Shown: piece after piece, positions 27,785 through 38,733 of the stretch
How the letters are laid out: the number at the start of each line of letters is the position of its first letter
Numbering within the stretch: position 1 is the first letter of the stretch
DNA from: a bacterium
GTDB lineage: Bacteria > Zixibacteria > MSB-5A5 > GN15 > FEB-12
Length of the DNA: 64,000 nt
Assembly: GCA_043811375.1 (NCBI GenBank)
Contig: JBDRNJ010000009.1
Span: 49,382 to 113,381 of the forward strand
Direction of reading: 5' to 3'
The notes under the pieces: generated by a model
The model's input: only the letters and a program-made list of their open reading frames with translations
Databases searched by the model: none
What the model was told of the DNA's origin: nothing
Position numbers and translations under genes: made by a program

Positions 27785-29926
27785 CTATGAGTCGTCCGAG
27801 TCCTGGCCGTGCGCCCTGGCTGCGGAAATTACCCCCCTTACCTTGCGCACCTTGTCGATAATTCGATTCAAATGCGACAGGCTGGAGACTTCCACCGCGA
27901 ATCTGCCCACGGCGGTAGTGTCGCGGGCGTACATCTCGGCCGCCCGCACGTTGGTATCGGCGTCGGCTATCGCCTGGGTCAGGTCGCGTAACATATTCTT
28001 GCGATCCTCAACCACCATTTCGAGCTGAACCACAAAAGCCTGTCCCTTGGGCGTATCCCAGCTAACTTCAATTTTCCGCTCAGGCGACTTGGTCTGCAGA
28101 TCAAGCGCCACCTGACAGTCGTCTCGGTGAACGGTGACACCTCTCCCCCGGGTTATGAAGCCGATGATATCCTCGCCGGGAATCGGCTGGCAACATCCGG
28201 CATAACGGAACATCATATCACCCATGCCGTGCACCTTGATCCCCTTGGTGCGCCGGATGCGATCCATTACTTTGCTGACCAGACCGGTGACCGGTTCTTC
28301 ATCCACGGGAGCTATCAGCGTCACCAGGGAACGCACCGAGAGATCACCGTTACCGATACCGGCCAAGAGATCCTCCACCGACTTTTTGTTAAGCTGTTCG
28401 GCGTACCCCTGCAGGATGTCTTCACCGGGCAGTTTGAGGTGTTTCACACGAAGCTTGCGCTCAATAATTTCCCGACCCAAAGCCACCGCCTGCTCAAACC
28501 CGGACTGCTTGAGCCAGCGCCGAATCCTGGCTCGCGCGGCCGACGTTCTGACCAGTTTCAACCAGTCGTGTGAGGGCGTGCGGTTGGCATTGGTTATGAT
28601 TTCCACAGTGTCACCGGTGCGGAGTTCGGACGACAGCGGCTGCAACCGGTTGTTGATACGGGCTCCGGCACAGTGGATACCTACCTCGGTGTGAATCTGA
28701 AAGGCAAAATCAAGGGGGGTCGAGCCTTTGGGCAGATGGATCAATTTGGCATGGGGCGTAAAAACGAAGATGTCTTCGGAATACAGATCGATCTTGAGGT
28801 ATTCCAGAAAATCGGACGGATTGGTCATATCCTTCTGCCACTCCAGGACATCGCGCAGCCAGACCATCTGACGATCCGACTTGTCCATCTGCTGCCGGCC
28901 TTCCTTGTAGAGCCAGTGAGCGGCAATGCCGTTCTCGGCGATATTATGCATTTCGTGGGTTCTGATCTGTATTTCAACCATTCGATTACGGGGACCAAGA
29001 ACGGTAGTGTGCAACGATCGGTAGCCGTTAGGTTTGGGATTGGCTATGTGATCATGAAAACGATCAGCTACCGGTTTCCACATGGCGTGCAGAATGCCCA
29101 TAGTGTGATAACACTCGCCCTCGGTCCCTACAATAATCCGAAAAGCAATCAGATCGTAAATCTCCTCGAAGGGAACATTGCGAACCCTTATTTTGCGGTA
29201 GACGGAATCCAAATGCTTGGCCCGACCATAGACATCGGCCTTAATACCGCTCTCGCCCAGCGTCTCCCGGATGGGCTGCACCAATTCCTTGATGTACTCC
29301 TCCCGTTCCTCCCTCTTTTCACGAATGAGTCTGGTCAGATCGGCAAACACATCCGGCTCCAGGTACTTCAGCGACAGGTCCTCCAGTTCCATCTTGATTC
29401 GATTGAGACCGAACCTGTGTGCCAGCGGGCAGTATACATCCCGGGTTTCGTTGGCAATACGGGTTCGTTTTTCGTGTGGAAGATGTTCCAGGGTTCGCAT
29501 GTTATGCAGGCGGTCGGCCAGTTTTATCAGAATCACCCGGATATCCCGGGCCATGGTCAACAGCATTTTACGGAAGTATTCGGCCTGCTGTTCCTCACGC
29601 GAGGAGAATTGCACCGTTCCCAATTTGGTGACTCCGTCCACCAGATCGGTAATCTCATCCCCGAACTGCTCACGCACACCTTCCAGTATCATCGGTGTAT
29701 CCTCGACCACATCGTGTATCAGCCCGGCCGCGATGGTAGTGGAATCCATGTGCTGTTCGGCCAGGACAAAAGCTACCTCGAGACAGTGTTCGATAAAAGG
29801 TTCCCCTGACTGGCGTTTCTGGCCGGCATGGGCGCGGTCGGAAAACTCGTAGGCACGGCGGATCAAAGGAATATCGACGTTGGCGTTGTACGATTCGATG
29901 CGTATGATAAACTCAGCCAGGTTCAT
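27785..29926 (-). CDS. rel: Bifunctional (p)ppGpp synthetase/hydrolase RelA/SpoT
   Basis: HDVVED, IKLADRLHNMRTL, PKPNGYRSLHT, EIQIRT, TGS (TPLDFAFQIHT), CCQPIPG and ACT. ATG 29926 overlaps the upstream stop. Confidence 0.96.
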   Translation of the reverse strand: MNLAEFIIRIESYNANVDIPLIRRAYEFSDRAHAGQKRQSGEPFIEHCLEVAFVLAEQHMDSTTIAAGLIHDVVEDTPMILEGVREQFGDEITDLVDGVTKLGTVQFSSREEQQAEYFRKMLLTMARDIRVILIKLADRLHNMRTLEHLPHEKRTRIANETRDVYCPLAHRFGLNRIKMELEDLSLKYLEPDVFADLTRLIREKREEREEYIKELVQPIRETLGESGIKADVYGRAKHLDSVYRKIRVRNVPFEEIYDLIAFRIIVGTEGECYHTMGILHAMWKPVADRFHDHIANPKPNGYRSLHTTVLGPRNRMVEIQIRTHEMHNIAENGIAAHWLYKEGRQQMDKSDRQMVWLRDVLEWQKDMTNPSDFLEYLKIDLYSEDIFVFTPHAKLIHLPKGSTPLDFAFQIHTEVGIHCAGARINNRLQPLSSELRTGDTVEIITNANRTPSHDWLKLVRTSAARARIRRWLKQSGFEQAVALGREIIERKLRVKHLKLPGEDILQGYAEQLNKKSVEDLLAGIGNGDLSVRSLVTLIAPVDEEPVTGLVSKVMDRIRRTKGIKVHGMGDMMFRYAGCCQPIPGEDIIGFITRGRGVTVHRDDCQVALDLQTKSPERKIEVSWDTPKGQAFVVQLEMVVEDRKNMLRDLTQAIADADTNVRAAEMYARDTTAVGRFAVEVSSLSHLNRIIDKVRKVRGVISAARAHGQDSDDS

Positions 29927-30978
29927 GGCCGCTCCCGGTCGCTGCTGACTCTGCGATATAGAGAAATAACCTGTTGGGCGACCTGCTGGACGGAGATCGT
30001 CTCCATGCAGCGACACTGTTTAGGCGGGCAATGACACTCCACTGCTGAGGGCTGAAGAACCCGATGATCAGCCCCGAGCGGACCCCATCGTCGCGGCGAC
30101 ATCACCGCCTTGCCGGGGTACAGACCCAGGACCGGAGTATCCACAGCAGCCGCGACATGCAGGGGGCCGGTGGAATTAGCCACCACAACGGTGGCCAACG
30201 ACAGCACAGCCGCCAGTGTGCGCAGGTCGGTTTCGCCCATGATGTTCTTCATCCGAATATCAAGCCGACTGCTGATCTCTTCAATTGTGGCCTTCTCCGA
30301 CTCTGACCCGGAAACCACCACGCTCAGCCCGGCTTCGGTCAATGCCTGATACAGGTGGATAAATCGTTGGATCGGCCAACGCTCGGCGGAGCCGCCGGAG
30401 CCGGGGTGGAGTACTACAAAACTGCTTTCAATCCCGGCCTTTTTCAGAATCCGGTGAGCAAAATCAATTTCTTTCTGTTGCAGACGAACATGCGGTTTTC
30501 TGATAGTGGGACCAGCACGGAAGAACTTCAGGAATTCGAGGTTGTATTCATACTCGTGCTTCAAATTGGATTTGCGGCTGTGGAAAAGATGGTGATTGAA
30601 AAATACCGAGTGAAAGCGACCGGCCGTGCCGATACGAAAGTCTATCCCGGCCCGATGGAACAACTGACAGATACGGCGTTCGGGGTACAGCGCCACTACC
30701 GCCCGGTAGCCGCGCTGAGAAAGTCGGCGCAGAAGATCCTTCTTGTAGGGTTTGTCGATAGCCAACTGGTCGTTCTGCACGCGGAAGATATGATCAATGC
30801 CGTCGTTGTATTCCAGGATAGGTGAGGCGTATAATGACGCCATAACTTCAATCCGGCATTCCGGGTAGCGGGCTTTCATCGTTTCCACAAAGGGCAGGGC
30901 CAGAATCAAATCGCCCAACCGGTCACTGCGACTGATGAGAATGCGATCGTCCGGATTGAGATCGATGATCTTGCTCAC
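29923..30978 (-). CDS. GT9 (heptosyltransferase-like) glycosyltransferase
   Basis: RLGDLIL, LHPGSG...WP and ANSTGPLHVAAAV. Confidence 0.9.
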   Translation of the reverse strand: MSKIIDLNPDDRILISRSDRLGDLILALPFVETMKARYPECRIEVMASLYASPILEYNDGIDHIFRVQNDQLAIDKPYKKDLLRRLSQRGYRAVVALYPERRICQLFHRAGIDFRIGTAGRFHSVFFNHHLFHSRKSNLKHEYEYNLEFLKFFRAGPTIRKPHVRLQQKEIDFAHRILKKAGIESSFVVLHPGSGGSAERWPIQRFIHLYQALTEAGLSVVVSGSESEKATIEEISSRLDIRMKNIMGETDLRTLAAVLSLATVVVANSTGPLHVAAAVDTPVLGLYPGKAVMSPRRWGPLGADHRVLQPSAVECHCPPKQCRCMETISVQQVAQQVISLYRRVSSDRERP

Positions 30979-31748
30979 GCCGAATCACCTTCCGTGGCAG
31001 CGTCTTTTTTTCCAAGGTGACGCAGTTTGGCATACTTGACTAAAACGGCTATTGACGACATGACTGAGATAATAAAGCCTTCCAGGCCGTCGCGAAAGCC
31101 CTGCCGGGAAATATAATGCTTAATGAAAGCCACCGGCGGCCGCAGCACTATGTCCGGCCATCTGGTCCGGCGTCCCCGGCGGTAGGCCTCTTCGGCCCCC
31201 AGCGTGGTGTAGTGGTTGAACTTGTCAAGGTAATGTTCGAGGCTGGGGTAACTATAATGCAGCAATTCGCCGGCAAGGTTACCGACCGGTCCATCCAGAA
31301 TCACTTTTTCATGCACTGTGGCTTCGTCATAATCACCCCGACTCTTGAGAAACAGCCGTAGCACTCGATCAGGATACCAGCCGCAGTGACGAATCCATCG
31401 CCCCAGGAAATTCGTTCGCCGTGGGATGTAGAACCCGGCCAGACCGGAGGTATCCCGCATCACGTCTTTGATCTCCCTGGCCAATTCAGATGACACGACT
31501 TCATCGGCATCGATGGAGAGAATCCATTTCCCCCGTGCCTGCTTGACGGCTTCGCGCTTGGCGTGCCCAAAGCCGCGCCAGGGAGGTGAAAAGATTCTGA
31601 CCCCCAACTGACCGGCGATTTCCCGGGTGCGGTCGGTGGACTGACTGTCAACCAGGATGACTTCATCGGCCCAACTGACGGATTGAATACAGCGCCTGAT
31701 ATTCTCTTCCTCGTTACGGGAAATGATTACCACCGACAGCTCCATCAT
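30975..31748 (-). CDS. GT2 beta-1,4-glucosyltransferase (WaaE/KdtX-like)
   Basis: SVVIISRNEE, WILSIDADE, GWYPD..LRLF and GFRDGLEG. Confidence 0.9.
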   Translation of the reverse strand: MMELSVVIISRNEEENIRRCIQSVSWADEVILVDSQSTDRTREIAGQLGVRIFSPPWRGFGHAKREAVKQARGKWILSIDADEVVSSELAREIKDVMRDTSGLAGFYIPRRTNFLGRWIRHCGWYPDRVLRLFLKSRGDYDEATVHEKVILDGPVGNLAGELLHYSYPSLEHYLDKFNHYTTLGAEEAYRRGRRTRWPDIVLRPPVAFIKHYISRQGFRDGLEGFIISVMSSIAVLVKYAKLRHLGKKDAATEGDSA

Positions 31749-32863
31749 GGTTTCACCGCTACCATCCGGCTGACTACCTGCTCAAACGCAGTCAGCACGT
31801 CACTGACAGAAATGTCGAATATATTGTAATCGTTGCCGGACACCACCGCACCCACCTCCTGATCGTAGGGTCGCCACAGCAGGAAGTTTTTCATGAAGCG
31901 ACTGTACAAACCGACCACCGGGACGCGCATAGCCCGGGCAATGTGCACCAGCGACGTGTCCGGACTGATCAGCAGATGGGTCCTGCCGATAATCGCCGCA
32001 GCTTCCGTCAGACTCAGACCGGGCGGCACCAGTTGCACGCGTTGCTGGAAGTGACCCTGCAAACGCGCCGCGCGCAGCCGGTCGTCGCCGACTGCAAACA
32101 GAATGACGTTGACCGCATCGCTGTGAGCCAGCAGACCGCTGATGAGCTGCCGCGATTTGTTTTCAGCCCAGATACGGCTTTGGGAACCGGCCGAGAGGTT
32201 GTAGCCGATCAGGAGTTCGCCAGCGCCGCACGACATGGCGCTTACGACCCGACCGGCTCTCTGACGGGCGGAGTCATCGATGAAAGGCGGTGCGTAACCA
32301 CTAACGGCGGTACTGTCGATCCCGAACGCCTCCAGAAGTCTGAGAGTGTTTTCAATGATATGACCGGTATTGTCCATTCGGTGATCGTAGTTGAAATCAT
32401 AGTACTCGCGGAATTTCACTTTGCCGACACCAATGCGCGGCTTGCCCGGCGCCGCCAACTGAGACAGGAACAGGGCCGTCACTGAATCATCGCAGATCAT
32501 GTCCACCACACAGTCGAACCGTTCGCGACGAATAGCCAGCATCTCCCTGATGTCCTTGAAGAGGTTCTTGCGATAAAGGAATATCCTGTCGAACCGGGGA
32601 TCACGTATGATTATGGCATCGTTGCGAGGTGAGGCCAGAACGGATATCTTGATATGCGGGAAATGAGCCCTGAGACCGTCAAAAACCGGTAGCGATATAA
32701 CCATATCCCCGATTTTCTCCGGTCGGAGGAACAACACTTTCTTCAGCCGGGAACCATCCAGAGGAGTGAATTTACCGCGCTTCCTCTTCAGGAAACGCTT
32801 GAACAGGCCAAAAAACGCCGCCTTGATTCTGTGTTCGACCGACTTCAGCGAGAACATGAGCAA
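31745..32863 (-). CDS. GT9 glycosyltransferase
   Basis: KIGDMVIS and ISPDTSLVHIA. Confidence 0.9.
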   Translation of the reverse strand: MLMFSLKSVEHRIKAAFFGLFKRFLKRKRGKFTPLDGSRLKKVLFLRPEKIGDMVISLPVFDGLRAHFPHIKISVLASPRNDAIIIRDPRFDRIFLYRKNLFKDIREMLAIRRERFDCVVDMICDDSVTALFLSQLAAPGKPRIGVGKVKFREYYDFNYDHRMDNTGHIIENTLRLLEAFGIDSTAVSGYAPPFIDDSARQRAGRVVSAMSCGAGELLIGYNLSAGSQSRIWAENKSRQLISGLLAHSDAVNVILFAVGDDRLRAARLQGHFQQRVQLVPPGLSLTEAAAIIGRTHLLISPDTSLVHIARAMRVPVVGLYSRFMKNFLLWRPYDQEVGAVVSGNDYNIFDISVSDVLTAFEQVVSRMVAVKP

Positions 32864-33975
32864 CCAGCCGGTTTTGTAAGTTGAATAAGATAACGCTCAA
32901 TTCGGTCGACCATAGTGTCGGCTGGAAACTCGGTTCGCCACCTCTGTTGTCCGGCCTGCCCGAAAGCTTTCATCCGGGTTTTGGAAGTCAGCATCATGTC
33001 AATAGCCGTCGAGAGCGAAACGGCGTCGGCGGGCGGAACCAAAAGCGCCGTACGATCGGCCGTCACAACTTCGGGAATCCCCCCCACCTCGGTGGCAACC
33101 ACCGGCAGCCCGGCCCGCATACCCTCCAGAAGAGCTATACCGAAGGGTTCTTCGATCGAGGGGTGGATCATCAAATCAGCCCCCGACAGCAGTGATGCAA
33201 CGTTGTCGACCATGCCGGCAAACACAAAACGCTCTTCGAGATTCAATTGTCTGATTCGTAACTGCAAATCCTCCCGCATAGGCCCGTCACCTAACAGCAG
33301 AAAAAACAGGTTGTCATGCCGGCTGTTCAGCGCTGAAGCGGCGTAAACCAGATGGATATGTCCTTTCTGCCGAACAAACCTGCCCACGGTGACAGCCACT
33401 ATCGAGTCTTCCGGCAATCTATACCGACTTCTGAGATCAGCCGCAGCGTCGCGGCCAACCGGCGCGAAACTCTCGTCTTCGATTCCGATGGGGATAACTT
33501 TCACGATCTCAGGGGTGACATAATCATACCTGGTAATCTGCCGCTTGAGGGCTTCTGACGGTACAATCACACCGTCGATCAGTTTCGGAGTCAGGTAACG
33601 GTGAACCGCCGTGTCTTTAGTGATATCCAGACCCACCGACCAGACCACTTTGGGACCACCCTGCCAACGTGCCGCCAGCCCGGCCAGCCGGACATCCTTG
33701 TTGAAATTGACAATGACCACATCTGTCTTGTTCGCAGCCAGAAAATTCTTGATTTTTGAAATGGTGCAGGGATTGAAGTCTCCGGAAATATCAAGTTCAA
33801 GAGCCGTAACGCCGGAATTTTCCGCTGCCGCCCGCCGCAGGTACTCCGATCCTCGGCGACCGGCCACCGTCACGGTGTGACCGCGCTGGGATAACCCGGC
33901 CGCTGTCAGCCGAATCCATTCTTCCATACCACCGTAGGTGGTCGTTTCGATTGAATCCAGGAAGAAGATGTTCAT
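32845..33975 (-). CDS. GT4 glycosyltransferase
   Basis: YGGME, VGRFVRQKG and EPFGIALLEGMRAGLPVVAT. Confidence 0.92.
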   Translation of the reverse strand: MNIFFLDSIETTTYGGMEEWIRLTAAGLSQRGHTVTVAGRRGSEYLRRAAAENSGVTALELDISGDFNPCTISKIKNFLAANKTDVVIVNFNKDVRLAGLAARWQGGPKVVWSVGLDITKDTAVHRYLTPKLIDGVIVPSEALKRQITRYDYVTPEIVKVIPIGIEDESFAPVGRDAAADLRSRYRLPEDSIVAVTVGRFVRQKGHIHLVYAASALNSRHDNLFFLLLGDGPMREDLQLRIRQLNLEERFVFAGMVDNVASLLSGADLMIHPSIEEPFGIALLEGMRAGLPVVATEVGGIPEVVTADRTALLVPPADAVSLSTAIDMMLTSKTRMKAFGQAGQQRWRTEFPADTMVDRIERYLIQLTKPAGCSCSR

Positions 33976-35873
33976 GCCTTTTCTCCAAACTGCATCTGAT
34001 ACAGACGCCGGTAGAGTCCCCCCTGCTGCATCAGTTGGTCATGGCGTCCGCTCTGGATGATACGTCCCTGGTCGATGACCAGAATCCGATTGGCATTCTG
34101 AATAGTAGACAGTCGATGGGCCACCACCAGGGTGGTGCGATCGGCCATCAGACGATCGATAGCCTCCTGCACCAGTTTCTCCGACTCGGTGTCGAGAGCC
34201 GAGGTGGCTTCGTCAAATATCAGTATCGGCGGGTTTTTCAAAAGAGCTCGGGCTATTGCCAGGCGCTGCCGCTGGCCGCCGGAGAGCATCACCCCCCGGT
34301 TGCCGACTACCGTCTCGTAACCGGAGGGTTGTTCCAGGATGAATTTGTGCGCGTTAGCCATGGCAGCCGCTTCGATCAGCGTGTCATCGACCAGACCGTT
34401 AAGACCGTAGGCGATATTATTGCGAATGGTGTCATTAAACAGAAATGTCTCCTGGGTAACAATGCCCATCAGGGATCGCAGGGATTTCAAGGATAGACGG
34501 CGTATGTCAATCCCATCAATCAGGATCGCCCCCTGCTGGGGATCGTAAAATCGCGGCAACAGGTCCAGTAACGTTGATTTGCCGCCCCCGGAAGGTCCCA
34601 CCAGCGCCACCACTTCACCGCGCTGCACCTCAAAAGAAACATCGTTAAGGACGGTATCGCTGTCATTGTAGCTGAAAAATACGTGATCGTAACGCAGACC
34701 CCGTGTCAGACCATCGATATGTTCCGCAGTCGGCGGATCGGCGATCTTCTCGCGTGTATCGAGCACCCTGAAGATGCGTTCGGCGGCAGCCATCCCTTCC
34801 TGTAATTTGATATGCACTTGGCTGAGGGACTTGACCGGTTTGATCATCGAAAACATGGCCAGCACGAACGTCATGAAATCCCCGGCATCAAGTTCGCCCG
34901 TCCCGGCAATAATCCGAGACCCGGCATACAGGAGAATAACTACCCCGGCTATGGTTGCCAGAATATCATTGATCGGGGAGGCCAGGTGCCGAATCCGGGT
35001 CATGCGGAGAAGGGAACGAAAGTACTCCTTCGTGGCGTGGAAGAACTTCCTGATTTCAAACTTCTCCATGGAGAAAGCCTTGACAATTCGTACGTTGTTG
35101 ACGGCTTCTTCCAGAACCGAGTTGACATCGGCCATCCTGTTTTGCGCCCGTTCGGAGTAGCCGCGCAGCTTCTTGCCGGTAAACCAGATGAAGACGAAAA
35201 CCACCGGCATGATCAGCATCGACAACAGCGTCAGTTTCCAACTCAGGATGAATAGAAAGGCGGCAAATACGACGACCATGATCGAGTCGGTCACCAGGCG
35301 GTTGAAGCCGATATCTATCGACTCGTTCAGTACCACGACGTCGTTGGTAATCCGCGAAATGACTTCCCCGGTACGGCGTCGGTGAAAGTAGTCAAGTGAC
35401 AGGTGCTGGTATTTCTCAAACAGACGATCCCGAAAACGCCTGACAACCGACTGCTGCACAAAGGCCATGAAGAACCCCTGCAAATAGAGTAACAGGTTCT
35501 TGGCAATCACCACAATCAAAATCAGCCAACAAAAGTTGATTAGCGTCTCCTGGCGACTTTCGACCGTCACCAGGCTGTCTATGAAGTCCTTCATAGATTG
35601 CTTGAAACTACCCACCGTGGAGGCCAGCTCGTCGACAGCACCGCTACCGTTATCGGTCGGGTCACCGGCATCGGGTCGGGCAGACTGGACCTGATTTGTC
35701 TCTCCCGAAATCAGGGGCAGTTCCACTCCCTGAAAGAGGGTCATCATCAACGGCCCCACCATCCACACCAGCAGGCCCGACAGCAGGGCGTGCAGAGCCG
35801 CCGACAGCGAGGCGGTGATGAGTTGCTTCCAGTACGGTGTCAGAACCGAAAATGTGCGCCGGTACAAATTCAC
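33972..35873 (-). CDS. msbA: MsbA-like ABC exporter (TMD+NBD)
   Basis: GPSGGGKST, LSGGQRQR and DEATSALD; heads an LPS glycosyltransferase operon. Confidence 0.85.
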   Translation of the reverse strand: MNLYRRTFSVLTPYWKQLITASLSAALHALLSGLLVWMVGPLMMTLFQGVELPLISGETNQVQSARPDAGDPTDNGSGAVDELASTVGSFKQSMKDFIDSLVTVESRQETLINFCWLILIVVIAKNLLLYLQGFFMAFVQQSVVRRFRDRLFEKYQHLSLDYFHRRRTGEVISRITNDVVVLNESIDIGFNRLVTDSIMVVVFAAFLFILSWKLTLLSMLIMPVVFVFIWFTGKKLRGYSERAQNRMADVNSVLEEAVNNVRIVKAFSMEKFEIRKFFHATKEYFRSLLRMTRIRHLASPINDILATIAGVVILLYAGSRIIAGTGELDAGDFMTFVLAMFSMIKPVKSLSQVHIKLQEGMAAAERIFRVLDTREKIADPPTAEHIDGLTRGLRYDHVFFSYNDSDTVLNDVSFEVQRGEVVALVGPSGGGKSTLLDLLPRFYDPQQGAILIDGIDIRRLSLKSLRSLMGIVTQETFLFNDTIRNNIAYGLNGLVDDTLIEAAAMANAHKFILEQPSGYETVVGNRGVMLSGGQRQRLAIARALLKNPPILIFDEATSALDTESEKLVQEAIDRLMADRTTLVVAHRLSTIQNANRILVIDQGRIIQSGRHDQLMQQGGLYRRLYQMQFGEKA

Positions 35874-36010
35874 GTCAGATATCCCGTTTAACTACAAGCA
35901 ATTAATATCATCAATTCAGGGTATTAAGTCAACTCAGCGAAGAAAGTCGGAACCACAGGGGTTCGACCTGCTTTGGCTTCAATGAGGCAACGCGAGCAAC
36001 CCCGTACGGA

Positions 36011-36730
36011 TCACGGCTCTACACGAACGGCGCCTTCGGGTAGAGTAAGTCGAAACTTGTCAGTTGGCACTTGTGCAGCAGTTTTGTAGCGGCGTCGGTT
36101 GCCTTTGAGAGTAACATCGCCGCCGTCATCGAAATGAAATTCGCTCAGCCGCCAGCCGGTCGACTGTCGGTCGTAAACAAGATGCAATTGCCATGGGCAA
36201 TCAGGTGCTGAAATGTGAAACGAAGGATTTTTCGGCCTGGCATAGTCGGCAATAACGCTCAGGTCGGCCGGAATCTCCGATGAGTCGGGCAGAACCACCA
36301 GCAACTTCAGGAAATCCAATCCCCCCGAAACAGCCGGGCACTTTGCTCGTGAAAAGAGATCGACAATCGACTCGTAGACATATTCCTTTGAGGATGGGAA
36401 GTATACTTCCAGCGAGTCGGCCGTCAGGCGACCTTTCAACGCCCCCTTGCCGAGGTAGGCGCGACCGCCCAGGGCTATGACCGAGTCGGTACGGAAAACC
36501 TCCAGACGGAAGGAGGTTGGTTTGCCTTTACGCTTCAGCCGGGCGTCAAACAACCAGGACTCGGCTGTCACCTTCTGCGGATCTAAAGTGGAGCTACTCT
36601 CACCGGTTGCTGCTTTGTCATACCGGGCGCCGCAGCCGACAGCCAGCAGCAGTACCACTGTGAGCACAGCCCCCAACCCAGCCCGGCCGGGTCTGTGATC
36701 AGATACCAACACCGGCAAACAGATACACAA
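36011..36730 (-). CDS. Putative lipoprotein (LolB/DUF4292-like beta fold)
   Basis: VLTVVLLLAVGC lipobox. The true start is probably later than 36730. Confidence 0.55.
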   Translation of the reverse strand: MCICLPVLVSDHRPGRAGLGAVLTVVLLLAVGCGARYDKAATGESSSTLDPQKVTAESWLFDARLKRKGKPTSFRLEVFRTDSVIALGGRAYLGKGALKGRLTADSLEVYFPSSKEYVYESIVDLFSRAKCPAVSGGLDFLKLLVVLPDSSEIPADLSVIADYARPKNPSFHISAPDCPWQLHLVYDRQSTGWRLSEFHFDDGGDVTLKGNRRRYKTAAQVPTDKFRLTLPEGAVRVEP

Positions 36731-37325
36731 AGAAGGTAATGAAGGGACCCAGGATTATCCAGAAGCCACCCATGACAATCAGTGCTATCAATATCAGGGG
36801 GGCGATCCGGTTCAGCTTCTGCAGGGTCGGTTCCATTTCAGGGGGCAACAGGCTGCGCAGGATGTGGGAACCATCGAGCGGAAACAGCGGAATCAGATTG
36901 AAGAAGGCCAGCGATACATTGATCATCACGGAGAAATACAGCAGCATATATACTGCCTCGGGCAACTGGAAGGACATGCTGGTAGTGAAGCGAAACACCA
37001 TACCGAAGATGAATCCCAGACCGAGATTCGACAGTGGACCGGCCGCCGATATCCAGAAATCGGCCACACGCGGATTGCGCAGATTAAAAGGATTCACCGG
37101 TACCGGCTTGGCCCAGCCGAAACGAAACCCGGACATGAACATCATCAGGGTACCGAATAAATCGAGATGGGCCAGCGGGTTCAGTGTCAGGCGTCCGGCG
37201 TCTCGGGCGGTCGTATCACCGAACTTCAGCGCCGTCCAGGCGTGGAAGTACTCATGCACCGTCAACGCAAACAGAATGGCCGGCGCGGCAATGATCGCCC
37301 GCTGCAGGAAATCCTCACTGAACAT
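36699..37325 (-). CDS. Site-2 protease (M50) family
   Basis: HEYFH, GWAKPVPVNP, AAGPLSNL and FNLIPLFPLDG. Confidence 0.93.
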   Translation of the reverse strand: MFSEDFLQRAIIAAPAILFALTVHEYFHAWTALKFGDTTARDAGRLTLNPLAHLDLFGTLMMFMSGFRFGWAKPVPVNPFNLRNPRVADFWISAAGPLSNLGLGFIFGMVFRFTTSMSFQLPEAVYMLLYFSVMINVSLAFFNLIPLFPLDGSHILRSLLPPEMEPTLQKLNRIAPLILIALIVMGGFWIILGPFITFFVYLFAGVGI

Positions 37326-37372
37326 AAGCTGACACTTCTAATACTATGTCACTACGTGCAACGGCGATACTG

Positions 37373-38710
37373 CTACGCATAGATACCCCGTAACTGCAGT
37401 ACCTCCAGCAAGCGCGTGATGGCCAGCATGAAAGCGGCTATGCGCATACTAACCTTGTGTTCCAACGATACGGCCAACACGTCGTTGAAAGCAGCCACCA
37501 ATTTCTCTTCGAGGCGACGGTTGACTGCCTCTTCCGACCAGTAGTATCCCATACGGTTCTGCACCCATTCAAAGTACGACACTGTCACGCCACCTGCGTT
37601 GCACAAGATATCGGGGATTACCAACACACCCTTCTTGTCCAGGATGGCGTCGGCCTCCGGGGTGGTGGGACCGTTGGCGCCCTCGGACAGGATGCGGCAG
37701 TTGATCTTGTGGGCGTTTTCATCGGTTATCTGGTTCTCCAGTGCGGCAGGAATCATGATATCCACTTCCGCGTAGAGCACACTTTCCGGTCGGGCTTTCC
37801 TGGCTCCCGGGAATCCGACAACGGAACCCTCTTTCTTAACATAGACCAGTAGTTCGGGAATATCGATACCTCTGGGATTGTGTATGGCTCCCTTGACGTC
37901 GGAGACATAGAGTAACTTGACGCCCAGCTCGTGCAGCAGTTGGGCTGTCACCGAACCGACGTTGCCGAATCCCTGCACCGAGGCGGTAGCTCCCTTCAGA
38001 GACAACCCGATATGCCTGGCAGCTTCACGAGTAGTGAGCATAACACCGCGCCCGGTAGCCTCGACTCGACCCAGTGAGCCACCGAGACTGATCGGCTTAC
38101 CGGTGACCACACCCGGTACCGAGTGACCCTCGCGCATCGAGTAGGTGTCCATAAACCAGCCCATCACACGTGGTCCGCTGCCGACATCAGGTGCCGGGAC
38201 ATCCCGTTCGGGACCGAACAGGTGCATCATGTCGGCCACATAGCGGCGTGTCAGACGTTCCAGTTCGCCCTCCGACAACTTTTGCGGATCGCAGACAACA
38301 CCGCCCTTGCCGCCACCAAACGGGATATTCACAACCGCGCTTTTGAAAGTCATCCACGAAGCCAGCGCCTGTACTTCATCCAATGTGACATCAGGGTGAT
38401 AACGAATGCCTCCCTTGGCCGGACCGCGGGCTACCGAATGCTGGACCCGGTAGGCGGTAAATAACCGGTAGGAACCGTCGTCCATCTGCACCGGCAGGTT
38501 TGTGATGGTGCTGCGCCGCGGAGCCTTCATGATATCCCGCAATGAGGGATCAATCTTGAGTTTGCTGGCGGCGGCATCAAACTGCTTCATGACATTATCG
38601 AACACCGAGATCGGGATGGTGATGTTCTTGCGTTGGACAATACTGCGCGGATGTCGTTTCCGTTTGGGCTTGGTAGTCGTCCCGCTTTTGCGTGTTGTGG
38701 TCTTGGCCAT
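37373..38710 (-). CDS. gdhA: Glutamate dehydrogenase (Glu/Leu/Phe/Val family)
   Basis: GPAKGGIRYHP, GGGKGG, DVPAPD, QGFGNVG and NAGGVTVSYFEW. Confidence 0.93.
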   Translation of the reverse strand: MAKTTTRKSGTTTKPKRKRHPRSIVQRKNITIPISVFDNVMKQFDAAASKLKIDPSLRDIMKAPRRSTITNLPVQMDDGSYRLFTAYRVQHSVARGPAKGGIRYHPDVTLDEVQALASWMTFKSAVVNIPFGGGKGGVVCDPQKLSEGELERLTRRYVADMMHLFGPERDVPAPDVGSGPRVMGWFMDTYSMREGHSVPGVVTGKPISLGGSLGRVEATGRGVMLTTREAARHIGLSLKGATASVQGFGNVGSVTAQLLHELGVKLLYVSDVKGAIHNPRGIDIPELLVYVKKEGSVVGFPGARKARPESVLYAEVDIMIPAALENQITDENAHKINCRILSEGANGPTTPEADAILDKKGVLVIPDILCNAGGVTVSYFEWVQNRMGYYWSEEAVNRRLEEKLVAAFNDVLAVSLEHKVSMRIAAFMLAITRLLEVLQLRGIYA

Positions 38711-38733
38711 CTTCTTACGTCCTATTGATAGGT

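Noticed and set aside
28673..29809. 378-aa plus-strand ORF and many other long antisense ORFs (e.g. 43499-44260, 52687-53433, 57138-57989)
   Set aside because: They are shadows of well-supported genes on the opposite strand in GC-rich DNA, with no recognisable motifs or RBS.
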